A stretch of DNA of 64,000 nt from Anaeramoeba ignava BMAN. Its lineage: Eukaryota; Protista; Anaeramoebae. Under the pieces are notes generated by a model. That model did not search any database and was not told the origin of the DNA. It saw only the letters and a list, made by a program, of their open reading frames with translations. The stretch is from positions 124,001 to 188,000 of the forward strand of contig JAPDFW010000072.1 in assembly GCA_028826165.1 (NCBI GenBank), read 5' to 3'. The position numbers and the translations under genes are program-made. Below are positions 26,101-39,688 of this stretch, piece after piece. Each line of letters begins with the position of its first letter. The stretch's first letter is position 1.

Positions 26101-27373
26101 ATAAAATTTATTATTATTAAATTAATTATAAAATTTATTATAAAATTAATTATAAATTAATTATAAAATTTATTATTATTAAATTAATTATAAAATTTAT
26201 TATAAAATTAATTATAAATTAATTATAAAATTAATTATTAAATTAATTATAAAATTTATTATTAAATTTATTATTAAATTAATTATAAATTATTAAATTA
26301 ATTATAAAATTGATTATAAAATTAATTATTAAATTAATTATTAAATTAATTATAAAATTAATTATAAAATTATATATAAAATTGATTATAAAATTAGTTA
26401 TAAAATTAATTATAAAATTAGTTATAAAATTAATTATTAAATTAATTATTAAATTTATTATTAAACTATTTATTAAATTAATTATTAAATTAATTATTAA
26501 ATTTATTATTAAATTTATTATAAAATTAATTATTAAATTTATTATTAAATTATTTATAAAATTTATTATAAAATTTATTATTAAATTAATTATAAAATTT
26601 ATTATTAAATTTATTATAAAAATTGATTATTAAATTAATTATAAAATTAATTATAAAATTAATTATTAAATTAGTTATAAAATTTATTATAAAATTAATT
26701 ATTAAATTAATTATAAAATTAATTATTAAATTAATTATAAAATTAGTTATTAAATTAATTACTAAATTAATTATTAAATTAATTATTAAATTATTTATAA
26801 AATTAATTATTAAATTAATTATAAAATTTATTATAAAATTTATTATAAAATTAATTATAAAATTATTTATAAAATTTATTATAAAATTGATTATTAAATT
26901 AGTTATAAAATCTTCGAATTTAATTTGGAATTTAATTTGGAATTTAATTTGGAATTTATTTATAGAATTTGTTTTATTTATTTTGTGATGACTTGTCCTT
27001 TTTTTTTGGATTGACTTTATATTAATTTTAAATTGATTTTTTTATAAATAATTTGCTATTTTTTTATTAAAATTATTAATAATTGTAAAATTTTTTTTTT
27101 TTGAATTGTTTGTTAAATGAAATTAGGAAACATTTTTAATATAAATCAAGTTAAAATAATCCAAAATAAATGCTTGTAAAAAAAATTTTTTTTTTTAATT
27201 AAAAGAAAAAAAAAAAGAAAAAAAAAAAAGATAGAAGAAAAATTACCAAGTAAAAGAATTCGGAAGTTATCTTGCATTTGAAATCTTTCTTTTTGAAGAA
27301 CAACTTGAATCTTTTTATCCCTTTTCATAAGATTCTTCTCTTCTTCTGACATTCCTGAATTGCAATTTCCCAT
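23162..27373 (-). CDS. Heterotrimeric G-protein alpha subunit, multi-exon
   Basis: MGNC N-terminus (myristoylation/palmitoylation-type), LLLG|AGESGKST across the intron 27246-25054, [20 protein letters not shown], ending DIQLV-stop. Confidence 0.93.
25054..26910. repeat. 12-bp-unit AT-only minisatellite (AAATTAATTATT variants) in G-alpha intron 1
   Basis: About 1.8 kb of near-pure A/T periodic repeat; source of the spurious KLII ORFs. Confidence 0.9.
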
Positions 27374-27877
27374 CTTATAAAAAATCAACGATCAAATATA
27401 ATAGAAAAATTATATTAAAAAAAAGTTTTTTAATGGAAGTGTGAAAAAAAAAATGATAAAATAAAAGAAAAAAGAAAAAAGAAAATAAAAGAAGATAAAA
27501 TGAAAAAAATGGAAAAAAAAAATAATTTTCAATAAAAAAAAATATAATTAAAATAAAATTTTTTTTTTAGTTACTTCAAAATAAAAGAAAATAAAAGAAA
27601 ATAAAATAAAAGAAAATAAAAGAAAATAAAAGAAAATAAAATAAAATAAAATAAGATCTTTTTTTATTTTACAAAAAAAAAAATCAAAAATAAATTAAAA
27701 ATCAAACAAATAAAAATTAAGATTAAATCAAGAACAAAAAAAAAAAATCAAGAACAAAAAATAAAATAAAAAAAACCAAAACCAAATCATTTTATAAAAA
27801 ATTGAGTAATTTTTAAATTTTATTTTTATTTTTATTTTTTCATTTTCATTTTTTCATTTTTTTTCTTTATTTTTAAA

Positions 27878-30573
27878 ATGGAAAAACATAAAAGAAATGA
27901 TAAAAGAAATGATAAAAGAAATGATAAAAGAAATGATAAAAGAAATGATAAAAGAAATGATAATAGAAATGATAAAAGAAATGATAATAGAAATGATAAT
28001 AGAAATGATAATAGAAATATGAAAAGGAAAAAAATGATTATAAACATAAATCTCATAAAAGAAAAACTCAAAATGAAAAAAAAACACAAAAAATTGAAAA
28101 AGAAAAGGATTATTATCAAAAGAAAAGAACCAAAACAAAAAACAAAATAAATTATTATGATTATCAACCATTAAAAGCTATTCCTGAAATAGATAATCCA
28201 TCAACAGAAGAAAAAAATGGTTGGCTTGCAAATCTTTATGAAAATAATCAATTCCAACAACAAAAAATAATCAAAATGAACCAAGAATATTATTCTCAAC
28301 ATTGTCCTTATTTAGATACTATTGATCGTTCTCGTTTGGATTTTGATTTTGAAAAAGTTTGTTCTGTTACTTTAAGTAGTGTGAATGTTTATGGTTGTTT
28401 AGTTTGTGGAAAATATTTACAAGGTATTTTTCTAATGAATTTTAATTTTGATTCTATAAATGAATTTTGATTTTAATTTTAATTTTAAATATAATTTTAA
28501 TTTTAAATATAATTTAAATTCTATAAATGAATTTTGATTTTAATTTTAATTTTAAATATAATTTTAATTTTAATTTCAATTTTAATTTTGAATATAATTT
28601 TAATTTTAATTTTAATTTTAATTTTAATTTTAAATTTAATTTTAATTTTAATTTTAAATTTAATTTTGATTTTAAATATAATTTTAATTTTAATATTAAT
28701 TTTAATTTTAATTTTAATTATAATTTTAATTTTAATTATGATTTTAATTTTAATTATGATTTTAATTTTAATTTTTATTTTAAATTTTAATTTTAATTTT
28801 AATTATAATTTTGATTTTAATTTTAATTTTAATTTTAATTTCAATTTTAATTTTAATTTTAATTTTAATTTTAATTGTATTTAGGAAGAGGTGCTGGATC
28901 TTGTGCTTTTTTACATAGTTTAGAATTAGAACATCATGTTTTTATAAATTTAAAAACCGGAAAAGTAAAATTTAAATTTAAAAATTATCAAATTTAAAAA
29001 ATTATCAAATTCAAAAAATTATCAAATTTAAAAAATTATCAAATTAAAAAAAAAGGTTTATTGTCTTCCTGATGATTATGAAGTAGATGATCCATCGCTA
29101 AATGATATTAAAGTATTCTTTCCAAAATCCTTTTTAATTTACTTCAAAAACAAATTTTTACATTTCAAATTATTTTTTTCAAAATAAAAATTTTTTATAG
29201 TATTTTTTAAAGCCTATTTATAATCAAGAACAAATTACAAAACTTGATCAATCTGCAATTTTAAAAAGAGCTTTTGATGGAACTTCTTATATTCCAGGAT
29301 TTGTAGGATTAAATAATATTAAACGAACTGATTGGTTGAATGTATCAATTCAAGCTTTAGTTCATGTTAATTTAATTCGAGATTTTTTCATCTCAATTGA
29401 AAATACAGAAAAAGTAAATAATTATTTAAATTGATTTGAATTTAAAATTATTTAAATTATTAAAATTATTTAAATTATTTAAATTATTAAAATTTATTAT
29501 TAAATTTAAATTATTAAAATTAAAATTATTTAAATTTATTTAAGTCCTCATTATTAGTTGAAACTTTTGGCGAATTAACTCGAAAAATCTGGAATTCTCA
29601 AAACTTTAGAGGTCATGTTTCTCCTCATGAACTTCTTCAAGTTATTCGTACAGCTTCAGCAAAGAAATTCGAAATGGGACCTAATTATGATCCTTTTGAT
29701 TTTTTAACTTGGTTTTTAAATTCTCTCAATTTCGATATTTTAAAGAAAAATAGAACAAAATCAACAGTAATTACAGAAGCATTCCAAGGAAAATTGAAGA
29801 TCAATACCCAAAAATACTCATCCGCAAAACAAAATGAAACTGATCCACAAAATTCTCCTGTTGTTTCAAATACTCCTTTCTTTTTCCTTTCTCTAGATCT
29901 TCCTCCTTTGCCTTTGTTTCCAGATAACTCAAAGAAAAACATCATTCCTCAAGTTCCAATTTATAATCTTCTTAAAAAATATGATGGAATTAGTTTTCAT
30001 GTAAAAATTTTTTTTTTGCCAATTCAAAAAAATTTTTTCACCTTTTTTTTGACACTTTTTTTTTTCTTCTTAGGATTTGCCAGTTAGACGAGAAAAACGT
30101 CAATATGTTATTACTAAATTACCTCGTTTTCTATTAGTTCATATTCGTCGATTTTCTAAAAATTTTTGGTTTGAAGAAAAAAATAATACAATTGTTAATT
30201 TTCCGTTGAAAAATTTAGATTTATCAAAATATTTAAAAACAGAAGATTATAATTTTCAAGAGAAAGAAAAAGAGAAAGAAAAGAAAAAGAAAAAGAAAAA
30301 GAAAAAAATGATTCTGATAGTGATTCTGATAGCGATGATGATAGTGATGATGAAAATTCTTCAATAAGTTTTTCTAGATATCATTTAATTGCAAATATTT
30401 GTCATGATGGACCTTCTCCTAAAGAAGGAAAACTTAAAATACATTTACTTAATAAAAATTTAGGAAAATGGTTTGAATTTGATGATTTGGATGTCAAAGA
30501 AGTTATTCCTCAAATGGTTGCTGTTTCTGAAGCTTATATTCAAATTTATCAACTTGATGATCCTAAAATTTAA
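27878..30573 (+). CDS. USP39: U4/U6.U5 tri-snRNP-associated protein 2 (USP39/Sad1), multi-exon
   Basis: CPYLDTIDRSRLDFDFEKVCSVTLSSVNVYGCLVCGKYLQG|RG, YIPGFVGLNNIK, FRGHVSPHELLQ, LDLPPLPLF, EKNNTIVNFP and SEAYIQIY. Start at 27878 is tentative because of frameshifts in A-rich low-complexity parts. Confidence 0.92.
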
Positions 30574-30723
30574 ATTGAATTTTAAAAAGATTTTAAATTT
30601 AATTTTAAAAAGATTTTAAATTTAATTTTAGAAAGATTTTTAAATTTAAATTTAAAAAGATTTTTTATTTTTAATAAAAAAAAATGAAAAAAATTTAAAA
30701 AAAATTTTCATTTTCTCTTTAAA

Positions 30724-31716
30724 ATGAATCAAGAGAATTGTTATAATAAAAAAGAGTTGTTATCTTTATTTGCAGATTTAAATTGGTTTATGTATTTCCA
30801 AAAAGGTGAAGGAGCTACAACTGAAACAATTTTACAACCTGTTTGCTTTACAATATCAAAAGGTTTATCAAAAGATTTATCAAAAGATTCACCAACAGAT
30901 TTATCAACAGAATCACTAAAAAATGGTATTTTAATTTTAATTTTAATTTTAATTTTGATTTTAATTTTAATTTTAATTTCAATTTTAATTTTAATTTTAA
31001 TTTTAATTTTAATTTTAATTTTAATTTTAATTTTAATTTTAATTTTAATTTTAATTTTAATTTTAAATTTAATTTTAATTTTAATTTTAAATTTAATTTT
31101 AATTTTAATTTTAATTTTAATTTTTAATTTTAATTTTAATTTTAATTTTAATTTTAATTTTAATTTTAATTTTAATTTTAATTTTAATTTTAATTTTAAT
31201 TTTAATTTTAATTTTAATTTTAATTTTAATTTTAATTTTAATTTTGATTTTAATTTTTAATTTTAATTTTAATTTTAATTTTAATTTTAATTTTAATTTT
31301 AATTTTAATTTTAATTTTAATTTTAATTTTAATATTAATTTTAATTTTAATTTTAATTTTAATTTTAATTTTAATTTTAATTTTAATTTTAATTTTAAAT
31401 TTTAAATTAAAAAGAAGAAAAAAAAGAAACACAATGGTTTTATCTTGATATGGAATTTAAAGTACAAGGACCATTTGAACAAAAGGAAATGAGAGATTGG
31501 TTTCTTGATGATTTTTTTCCACCATATTTGTTTATTTCTCGAGAACAAGATTTAATTTTTTCACCTTTAAATCAAGTTTATCCTTATGAAAAAACAACTT
31601 TTCTTCCAGATTCAATTCCTCAATTTCCTGATTATCAAACTCAAATTGGTTCATTTCCTTCTCAAATAAGTTGGTATACTCAAAAAAAATTAATCCAAAT
31701 TTTCGGTCAAAAATGA
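30724..31716 (+). CDS. Small GYF-domain protein, 2 exons
   Basis: Exon 2 encodes WFYLD...VQGPFEQKEMRDWFLDDFF (GYF consensus; the GYF tripeptide is DFF). Microsatellite intron approx. 30927-31414. Confidence 0.75.
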
Positions 31717-32673
31717 TCTTTTCTTGTGGATTTATTTATTTTCTTCTTCCAATTTAAAAGAATATGAAATGTTTTTTTTTTAAAATAAACGAAAAAGAAA
31801 AATAAATAAAAATAAATTAATTCCACTTTTTTGATTTGATTTTTGATTTTAATTTTGATTTTAATTTTGATTTTGATTTTGATTTTGATTTTGATTTTGA
31901 TTTTGATTTTGATTTTGATTTTGATTTTGATTTTGATTTTGATTTTAATTTTGATTTTGATTTTGATTTTGATTTTGATTTTGATATTGATTTTGATTTT
32001 GATTTTAATTTTGATTTTGATTTTGATTTTGATATTGATTTTGATTTTAATTTTGATTTTAATTTTGATTTTGATTTTGATTTTGATTTTGATTTTGATA
32101 TTGATTTTGATTTTGATTTTAATTTTGATTTTGATTTTGATTTTGATATTGATTTTGATTTTAATTTTGATTTTGATTTTAATTTAAATTTTGATTTTAA
32201 TTTTGATTTTAATTTTAATTTTAATTTTGAATTTTAATTTTAATTTTGATTTTGATTTTGATTTTGATTTTGATTTTAATTTTAATTTTAATTTTAATTT
32301 TAATTTTGATTTTAATTTTGATTTTGATTTTGATTTTGATTTTGATTTTGATATTAATTTTAATTTTGATTTTGATTTTGATTTTAATTTTAATTTTGAT
32401 TTTGATTTTGATTTTGATTTTGAATTTGATTTTAATTTTGATTTTAATTTTGATTTTAATTTTGATTTTGATTTTGATTTTAATTTTAATTTTGATTTTG
32501 ATTTTGATTTTGATTTTAATTTTGATTTTTATTTTGTTTTTGATTTTGATTTTGATTTTGATTTTAATTTCATTTTTTATTTTTCATTTTTCATTTTTCA
32601 TTTTTCATTTTTCATTTTTCATTTTTCATTTTTCATTTTTCATTTTTCATTTTTCTTCAATTTCCAATAAAAA

Positions 32674-33258
32674 ATGACTGAAATTCAAGCAACAAAAGAA
32701 ATGTGTTATTTTTGTTTTGATACAATCCTCAGCAAATTTACCAAAGAAGAACCAAAAGGATATGAATTTAAAAAAGGGGTGAAATGTCCATTATTTGTAA
32801 CATGGAAAATCAAGAAAAAAGAAGATTATCATTTAAGAGGTTGTATTGGAACATTTCAAGACATGGAACTTAAAGAAGGACTTGAGAGCTTTGCACAAAA
32901 ATCCGCATTTTCTGATTGGCGGTTTCATCCGATTGAAGAAAAAGAAATTGAATCATTGAATTGTTCAGTTTCTTTATTAGTAAATTTTGAACAAGCAAAA
33001 AATTGTCTTGATTGGGAAGTTGGAAAGCATGGCATAAGAATAAAGTTTAAGGGATATAGTGGCACTTATCTGCCCGAAGTAGCTACAGAACAAGGTTGGG
33101 ATAAAGAGACTTCTTTGCGCCACTTGGTTCAAAAGGCTGGTTATCATGGTTCTTTTGATAATGAACTCATGGAATCTATTCAATTGACAAGATATCAATC
33201 TTCCAAAATTCATTCTACTTATGATGAATTTCTTAATTGGAAAAAATCAAGAAAATGA
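32674..33258 (+). CDS. AMMECR1: AMMECR1-family protein
   Basis: MCYFCFD, PLFVTWK, LRGCIGTF, CSVSLLVNFE, DWEVGKHGI, TYLPEVA.EQGW and LTRYQSSK. Confidence 0.95.
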   Translation: MTEIQATKEMCYFCFDTILSKFTKEEPKGYEFKKGVKCPLFVTWKIKKKEDYHLRGCIGTFQDMELKEGLESFAQKSAFSDWRFHPIEEKEIESLNCSVSLLVNFEQAKNCLDWEVGKHGIRIKFKGYSGTYLPEVATEQGWDKETSLRHLVQKAGYHGSFDNELMESIQLTRYQSSKIHSTYDEFLNWKKSRK

Positions 33259-33359
33259 TTTAATTTTAAATTTCAATTTTAATTTTAATTTTCATTTTCA
33301 TTTTAATTTTAATTTTAATTTTAATTTTAATTTTAATTTTCATTTTAATTTTAATTTTG

Positions 33360-33543
33360 ATTTTAATTTGATTTGAATAAATCCAATATTCAAGTATTTG
33401 AAATGATTTATTACTTAATTCATTTATTAGAAGTATCATTTGTTACAGATAAAAACATTCCTCGATATAATTCACTTCTCATTATTAATATTAATTTTGG
33501 AAATTTATATTGTTTTTCTTTTCTTTCAATTATAAAATCTTTT
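33360..33543 (-). pseudogene. Isolated 3' fragment of an RCC1-BTB family gene
   Basis: Near-identical to the KDFIIERKEKQYKFPKLILIMRSELYRGMFLSVT segment of the copies at 37.7-43.4 kb, with no upstream gene body. Confidence 0.8.
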
Positions 33544-33965
33544 AATTAATTTATTTCAAAAATGGAATAAAGAATATTAAATAATTAAATTTAAAATTAA
33601 TTATATTTTATATATTTTATTAATATTTCTTTATTTAAAACAATATAAAACTATTCCCAATAATTTAATAAAATAAATAAAATCTTTTAATTAATTTATT
33701 TCAAAAATGGAATAAAGAATATTAAATAATTAAATTTAAAATTAATTCTATTTTATATATTTCATTAATATTTCTTTTATTTAAAATAATATAAAACTAT
33801 TCTCAATAATTTAATAAAATTGATGAAATATTTTAATAAATTTATTTCAAAAATGGAATAAAGAATATTAAATAATTAAATTTAAAATTAATTTTATTTT
33901 ATATATTTTATTAATATTTCTTTATTTAAAAATAATATAAAACTATTCTCAATAATTTAATAAAA
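33533..33965. repeat. About 147-bp tandem repeat, 3 copies
   Basis: ttatttcaaaaatggaataaagaatattaaataattaaatttaaaattaatt recurs near 33551, 33696 and 33842. Confidence 0.8.
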
Positions 33966-34778
33966 TTGAGAAGAAAAATTGAAATATTTTAATAAAAATA
34001 AATATTTAATTTTAATAATAATTAATAATAATTTAATTTAAATTTATTTTATTTTAATTTGATATAATATTTTTATTTATTATATTAATATTTTTATTTA
34101 TTTATTATTCAATTTTAATTATAATAAAATATATTAAAAAGTGGAATAAATATTTTAATAAAGATAAATATTTAATTTTAATAATAATTTAATAATAATT
34201 TAATTTAAATTTATTTTATTTTATTTTAATTTAATGTTTTTATTTATTATATTAATATTTTTAATTATTTATTATTCCAATTTTAATTATAATAAAATAT
34301 ATTAAAAATAAAATTAAAAATTAAAAATTTTAAATAAATTGAATTTAACATGATTGAATAAGATAAACTTTCTAAAAATAATTTACTAATTATTCTATTT
34401 TTGATTTTGATTATAATTTATTAATATTTAAATATTAATTAATAATAAATTTTATTTGATTTTTTTTATTTTAATATTTTAATTAATGAATTTAAATTTA
34501 ATTATTATTAATTTCTATTTTCAATTTTTATTTTTATTTATTATATTAAAAATATTCAATTTTTTAAAATTTATTATTTTTTTTTTTTGGATTATTTTTT
34601 ATTAATTAAATTTTTAATAAATATTTTAAATTAAAATTAAATTATTTAAAATTAAATTTGTTTCTTATTTATTATTTTAAAGAAATTAATTTGATTAAAA
34701 GTAAATTAAAATTGAATTAAATTTTGAAAAAAAAAATTAAAAAAAAAAAAGTTTGATTTTCTTATTATTAATTAATTT

Positions 34779-36323
34779 TTAAATGAAATAAGATTCAACT
34801 TCATCAACAACCCATTTATCATAAGAACCAGCTAAATAACTTTTAGCTTCATTTGTTCCATAAGTAATTCCATTAGGTAGATTATAACTTCTACCAAAAT
34901 TTGAATAACCAGATTGTAAATTAGGTTTTAAATAAATATCATCTCCACCATTATAACCAAACCATGGACCACGATCGTTAAAGCGAGAATAAATTGCATA
35001 TTGTTCTTGACCTTGTTTAATTGTAAACTTTGCAGGTATTCTATCTCCTTTATCATTTCTTAATGAAAAAATAAATGCATTTGAGTCATTAATCCATTCT
35101 CCACTTTGTGAATATTTAAATCCAACTTGAGTAAAACCTCCAAAAATAAAATTATCTTTTGTTTTGATAATAACTAATGTTTTTCCTTGCCCATCAACTG
35201 CTTTATGCCAATTTTGAGAATTAAATCCATCTCTTTTTGCTGAAAATCCTTTTTTCATTTTAGAAAAAAAATCATTATCATTTATCCATTCTTGTAATTT
35301 CTTAACATATTCAATATCTTGAATAATTTCTGAATCTGCAAATGCTTTTCCGAATTCCTTCATTTTCTTTTCATATTCCAAATCTTTTTGATATTGATCT
35401 CGATATTTATCAAAAATAGGTTTCATATCTTCAACTTCTTTCTTCCATTTCTCTTCAATTTCAATTTTCATTTGTTGATTTTCCTTCTCTTTGTTTTCAA
35501 TTTCTTTGTTTTTATCTTCAATTTCTTTGTTTTTATTTTCAATTTCTTTCTCTTTATTCTCAACTTCTTTCTCTTTGTCTTCAATTTCCTTTTCTTTGTT
35601 TTCAATTTCTTTTTGATTGTCTTGAATAACTTTGTTTTGAATATCAACTAAAAAAGATTTAGGAAAAAAATCAAATTGTTTTAATTTATCAAAATCTTGT
35701 TTTGAAATTGAATCTTTATCAAATAATGAAAAAAAAGAATGAAATAATCTTTTCTTTTCAATTCCTTTTTCTTTTTCTTTTTCTTTTTCTTTCTTTCCTT
35801 TTAATCTTTGATTTCTTTTTTCAATCCAATTATTTAAAAATTGAAAAAAATCAAATTGAAAAATTTCTTTTTTTTCTTGTTTAAATTGAATAAATTTGAT
35901 AATTTCTTCTTTAGTTAAATTGAATAAATTTTCATTATTCTGAATTTGGGAAAAATTTTGATTTATTAATTCAAAACATTTTATTTCAATTTCATTTGAA
36001 TTTAAATTTCGATTTTGGAATAAAAATTGGAAAAAATTTGAATAATTAATTGAATTTAAAATTTTTTTTTGAATAATTTCTTTCAATAAATTTAATTTAA
36101 AATAAATTGAAATTTCCAATAATTGAATAAGATTTTCTTTATTCTCAAAAGAAATATTTCCATAATAAATATAACTTAAAATTGATTCCATTTCTTTTTT
36201 ATTAAATTTATTTAAAGAAATAGAAAGAGATTCTTGCCTTAATGATTCATTAAAAAGGAGATCTTGAAGATAAAATTGATTTATGAACTTTAATTTCAAA
36301 AGGATTTGATTTATTCTCAACAA
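34779..36323 (-). CDS. BTB(partial)-coiled-coil-TLDc protein; 5' end degenerate
   Basis: MESILSYIYYG...LLEISIYFKL (BTB C-half), EIENKEK coiled coil, TLDc GFSAKRDGF...KTLVIIKTKDNFIFGGFT...GPWFG...DEVESY. No clean in-frame ATG upstream. Confidence 0.75.
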   Translation of the reverse strand: MLRINQILLKLKFINQFYLQDLLFNESLRQESLSISLNKFNKKEMESILSYIYYGNISFENKENLIQLLEISIYFKLNLLKEIIQKKILNSINYSNFFQFLFQNRNLNSNEIEIKCFELINQNFSQIQNNENLFNLTKEEIIKFIQFKQEKKEIFQFDFFQFLNNWIEKRNQRLKGKKEKEKEKEKGIEKKRLFHSFFSLFDKDSISKQDFDKLKQFDFFPKSFLVDIQNKVIQDNQKEIENKEKEIEDKEKEVENKEKEIENKNKEIEDKNKEIENKEKENQQMKIEIEEKWKKEVEDMKPIFDKYRDQYQKDLEYEKKMKEFGKAFADSEIIQDIEYVKKLQEWINDNDFFSKMKKGFSAKRDGFNSQNWHKAVDGQGKTLVIIKTKDNFIFGGFTQVGFKYSQSGEWINDSNAFIFSLRNDKGDRIPAKFTIKQGQEQYAIYSRFNDRGPWFGYNGGDDIYLKPNLQSGYSNFGRSYNLPNGITYGTNEAKSYLAGSYDKWVVDEVESYFI

Positions 36324-37026
36324 AAATTGAAAAATGAATAATTTTTAATTAAATTTTACTTTTTTCTAAATTTTTCATTTCATTTTGATTTTGATTTTGG
36401 TTTGATTTTATTATTTTAATTATTCATTTTGTTTTTGTTTTTTTGTTTTTTGTTTTAAAAAGGAAAAATGAAAAATAAATTTTTAAATAAAAATATTTTA
36501 AATTTAAATTTTTAATTTAATTTTCTTTTTGATTTATTATTTTAAATTAATTTGGTTATAAATTATTATTATTTTTATTAATTTTTTTTGTTTCTGTGTT
36601 TGTTTTTGCTTGTGTTTTTGTTTTGTTTTTAAAAAAGGAAAAATGAAAAATTTAAATAAAAATAAATAAAAAAATATTGGATTTTTAAAATAAATAAAAA
36701 ATATAAAAATGAGAATGTTAAAATTTAAATTAATAATTAATTTATTTTTAAACATTTTAAATTTATTATTTTAAATTAATTTATTTAAATAATAAATTAT
36801 TATTTTTTTTTTTATTTTTTTTAATAATAAAAATATTTAAATCTAAAAAATTATTTTAATTTTTAATTTTAAATTTAATTTTTTTAATTTTAAAAAATAT
36901 TATTAAATAATTTTTTAAATTTAAAAACAAATTTAAAAATTTAAATATTAAATTATTATTTTTCAATTTAAATATCAAAAAGATAAAATTTTAATTTAAA
37001 AAATCTAATTTTCAAAATATTTTTAA

Positions 37027-37560
37027 ATAATAAAATATTTAAATCTAAAACATTAAATTATTATTTTAAACATAAAATTAAATATTAAATTATATTTTTA
37101 AATTAATTTATAAATTAAATATTAAATTAAACTTATTCTTATTTTTACAAAATTATTATTTTAATTAAAATTAAATATTAAATTATTTAAATTAATTTTA
37201 AATTAAAATAAATTAAAATATTTAAATAATAAAATATTTAAATCTAAAACATTAAATTATTATTTTAAACATAAAATTAAATATTAAATTATATTTTTAA
37301 ATTAATTTATAAATTAAATATTAAATTAAACTCTATTCTTATTTTTATGTTACTATTTTAATAATAAAAATATTTAAATCTAAAACAATAAAATTATTTA
37401 AATAAATATTAAAATATTTTTAAAAATTTTAAAAAACATTAAATTATTATTTTTATATTTATATGTTAAATATTTAAATAATAAAATATTTAAATCTAAA
37501 ACATTAAATTATTATTTTAAAATTAATTTATTTTTAAATTAAATATTAAATTAAATCTAA
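37027..37560. repeat. About 199-bp AT-rich tandem repeat (2 full copies plus partial copies)
   Basis: taataaaatatttaaatctaaaacattaaattattattttaaa recurs near 37028, 37227 and 37479. Confidence 0.7.
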
Positions 37561-37697
37561 CCTTATTTTTTATTTTTATTAATTTTGATTATTTAAATTT
37601 TTAATTAATAAATCAAATTAAATATTAAATTATATTTGATTTAATTGGAAATAAACTTATTCTTATTTTTAATTCCATTATTAAATTTTTAATTAAT

Positions 37698-39381
37698 TCA
37701 TAAATTTATTTGATTTTGAAAAATAATTTGAATTTCATCTTTAATTTGATTTGAATAAATCCAATATTCAAATATTTGAAATGATTTATTACTTAATTCA
37801 CTATAATCTGCAACTTTATTAGATTTATCATTTGTTACAGATAAAAACATTCCTCGATATAATTCACTTCTCATTATTAATATTAATTTAGGGAATTTAT
37901 ATTGTTTTTCTTTTCTTTCAATAATAAAATCTTTTTCATTTTCATTTAAATAAATTCTTTTTATTGTTTCTTCTATTTTTTCATTTGAATTTATAATTTC
38001 TTTAATTTCAAAATATAATATTGGATTTATAATTCTGTTTGAATAAATTATTTCAAATATTTGATTTGATTCTTTAATTGATTTTTTTGAAATAATTTCT
38101 TGAAGTTTTTCAATTTGATTTTGATTTTGATTTAATCTATATTTCAATATTAATTTATGAGCTTCAATTATTTCTCCATTTTCAGTTTTAAATGAAATAT
38201 CACAAAATTCTTTTCTTTCAAATAATTTTATCAAATCTTCTTCAAGATTGGAAAAAGGAGAAAAAGGAGAATAATAAAGAAATGATTTGTGATATCCACA
38301 AGAAATATGATAATTATAAATATTTTCATTAAATCTTAATTTAGGAAGTTCAATTTGAATTGGCACTTTATGATCTTTTGTATCTCCAGTTCCTAATTGA
38401 CCATAATAATTAGAACCAAATCCTATCAATTTTGAATTGGATGTTAAAATCAAATTGTGATAATATCCAACAGAAAAATCAAGAATATCATCATCATTTT
38501 CAAATAAAAATGATTTGATTTCAGTAAATTCATAAGTATTTCTATATTTGCCAAGTCCATTATATGGAAAATAACCACATGAATAAAGTTTTCTTTTTGG
38601 ATTTTGATCTTGATTTTCATTTTCAATCAACATTATTGACTGATAATAACTAGTTTGAATATCAATTATTTTGCCTTTTGGAATATTTTGGATTTTGGTT
38701 AATTTATGGATATTTGTTTCTTTTCTTGATTCTCCTAATCCAAGTTGACCATGATAATTGAATCCGCATCCAAATAATTCTTGAATTGAATTTAAAAGAA
38801 AAACACAACTTGAAGTATCTCCTGAAAATATTTTAGAAACATTTTTCATCATTAAAATTGGTTTTTGTGTATCATTAAGTGTTTCAGAATAAAAACCAAG
38901 TTGACCAGTGTCATTTGAACCAATTCCATAAGCATTTTGATTTGAAGTTAATAAGTAAATTGAACTAGCTCCAGAAACAATATCTTCGAATTATTCTATC
39001 ATTTGTATCTTCAATTAATGATGAAATATTGATAAATTCATTTGGATTTTCTGGATAAATATCTTCTCCTTTGGCAAATACATTTCCTTCTTTTGTTAAA
39101 ATAGCTTCGTTTTGATAACCAACAGTTACTTTTTGAATATTTTCTTCAATTTGGATTTTTGAAGGATTTTGTTTTGAATCTTTTAAATATTCTATTGCTT
39201 TTCCGTTTTCAAAAAGGAAAATTGTTGAAAATATTCCTGATGAAATTTGTTTAATTTCATTTTCATTTTCATTTTCATTTTCATTTTCAAATTTAAATTG
39301 AATTGGTTTTGTTATTATTTTTCGTTCATTTTTGAAAAGAATTGGATCGTCATTTTGACCAAAAAATAAACAATCATTCAT
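37698..39381 (-). CDS. RCC1-repeat + BTB protein, tandem copy 1 (frameshift near 38985; C-terminus eroded, possible pseudogene)
   Basis: RCC1 blades GCGFNYHGQLGLG, GFGSNYYGQLGTGD; BTB-like FCDISF...AHKLILKYR. The last approx. 35 codons are decayed relative to the paralogs. Confidence 0.8.
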
Positions 39382-39688
39382 TTTTGAAAAGAAAAAAATG
39401 AAAAAATGATTTTGGAATTTTTAATTTTAATTTTAATTTTAATTTTAATTTTAATTTTAATTTTAATTTTAATTTTAATTTTAATTTTGATTTTGATTTT
39501 AATTTTAATTTTGATTTTAATTTTGATTTTAATTTTAATTTTGATTTTAATTTTAATTTTAATTTTAATTTTAATTTTAATTTTAAATTTTAATTTTAAT
39601 TTTGATTTTAATTTTAATTTTAAATTTTAATTTTAATTTTATTTTTAATTTTAATTTTAATTTTAATTTTAATTTTTAATTTTAGATT

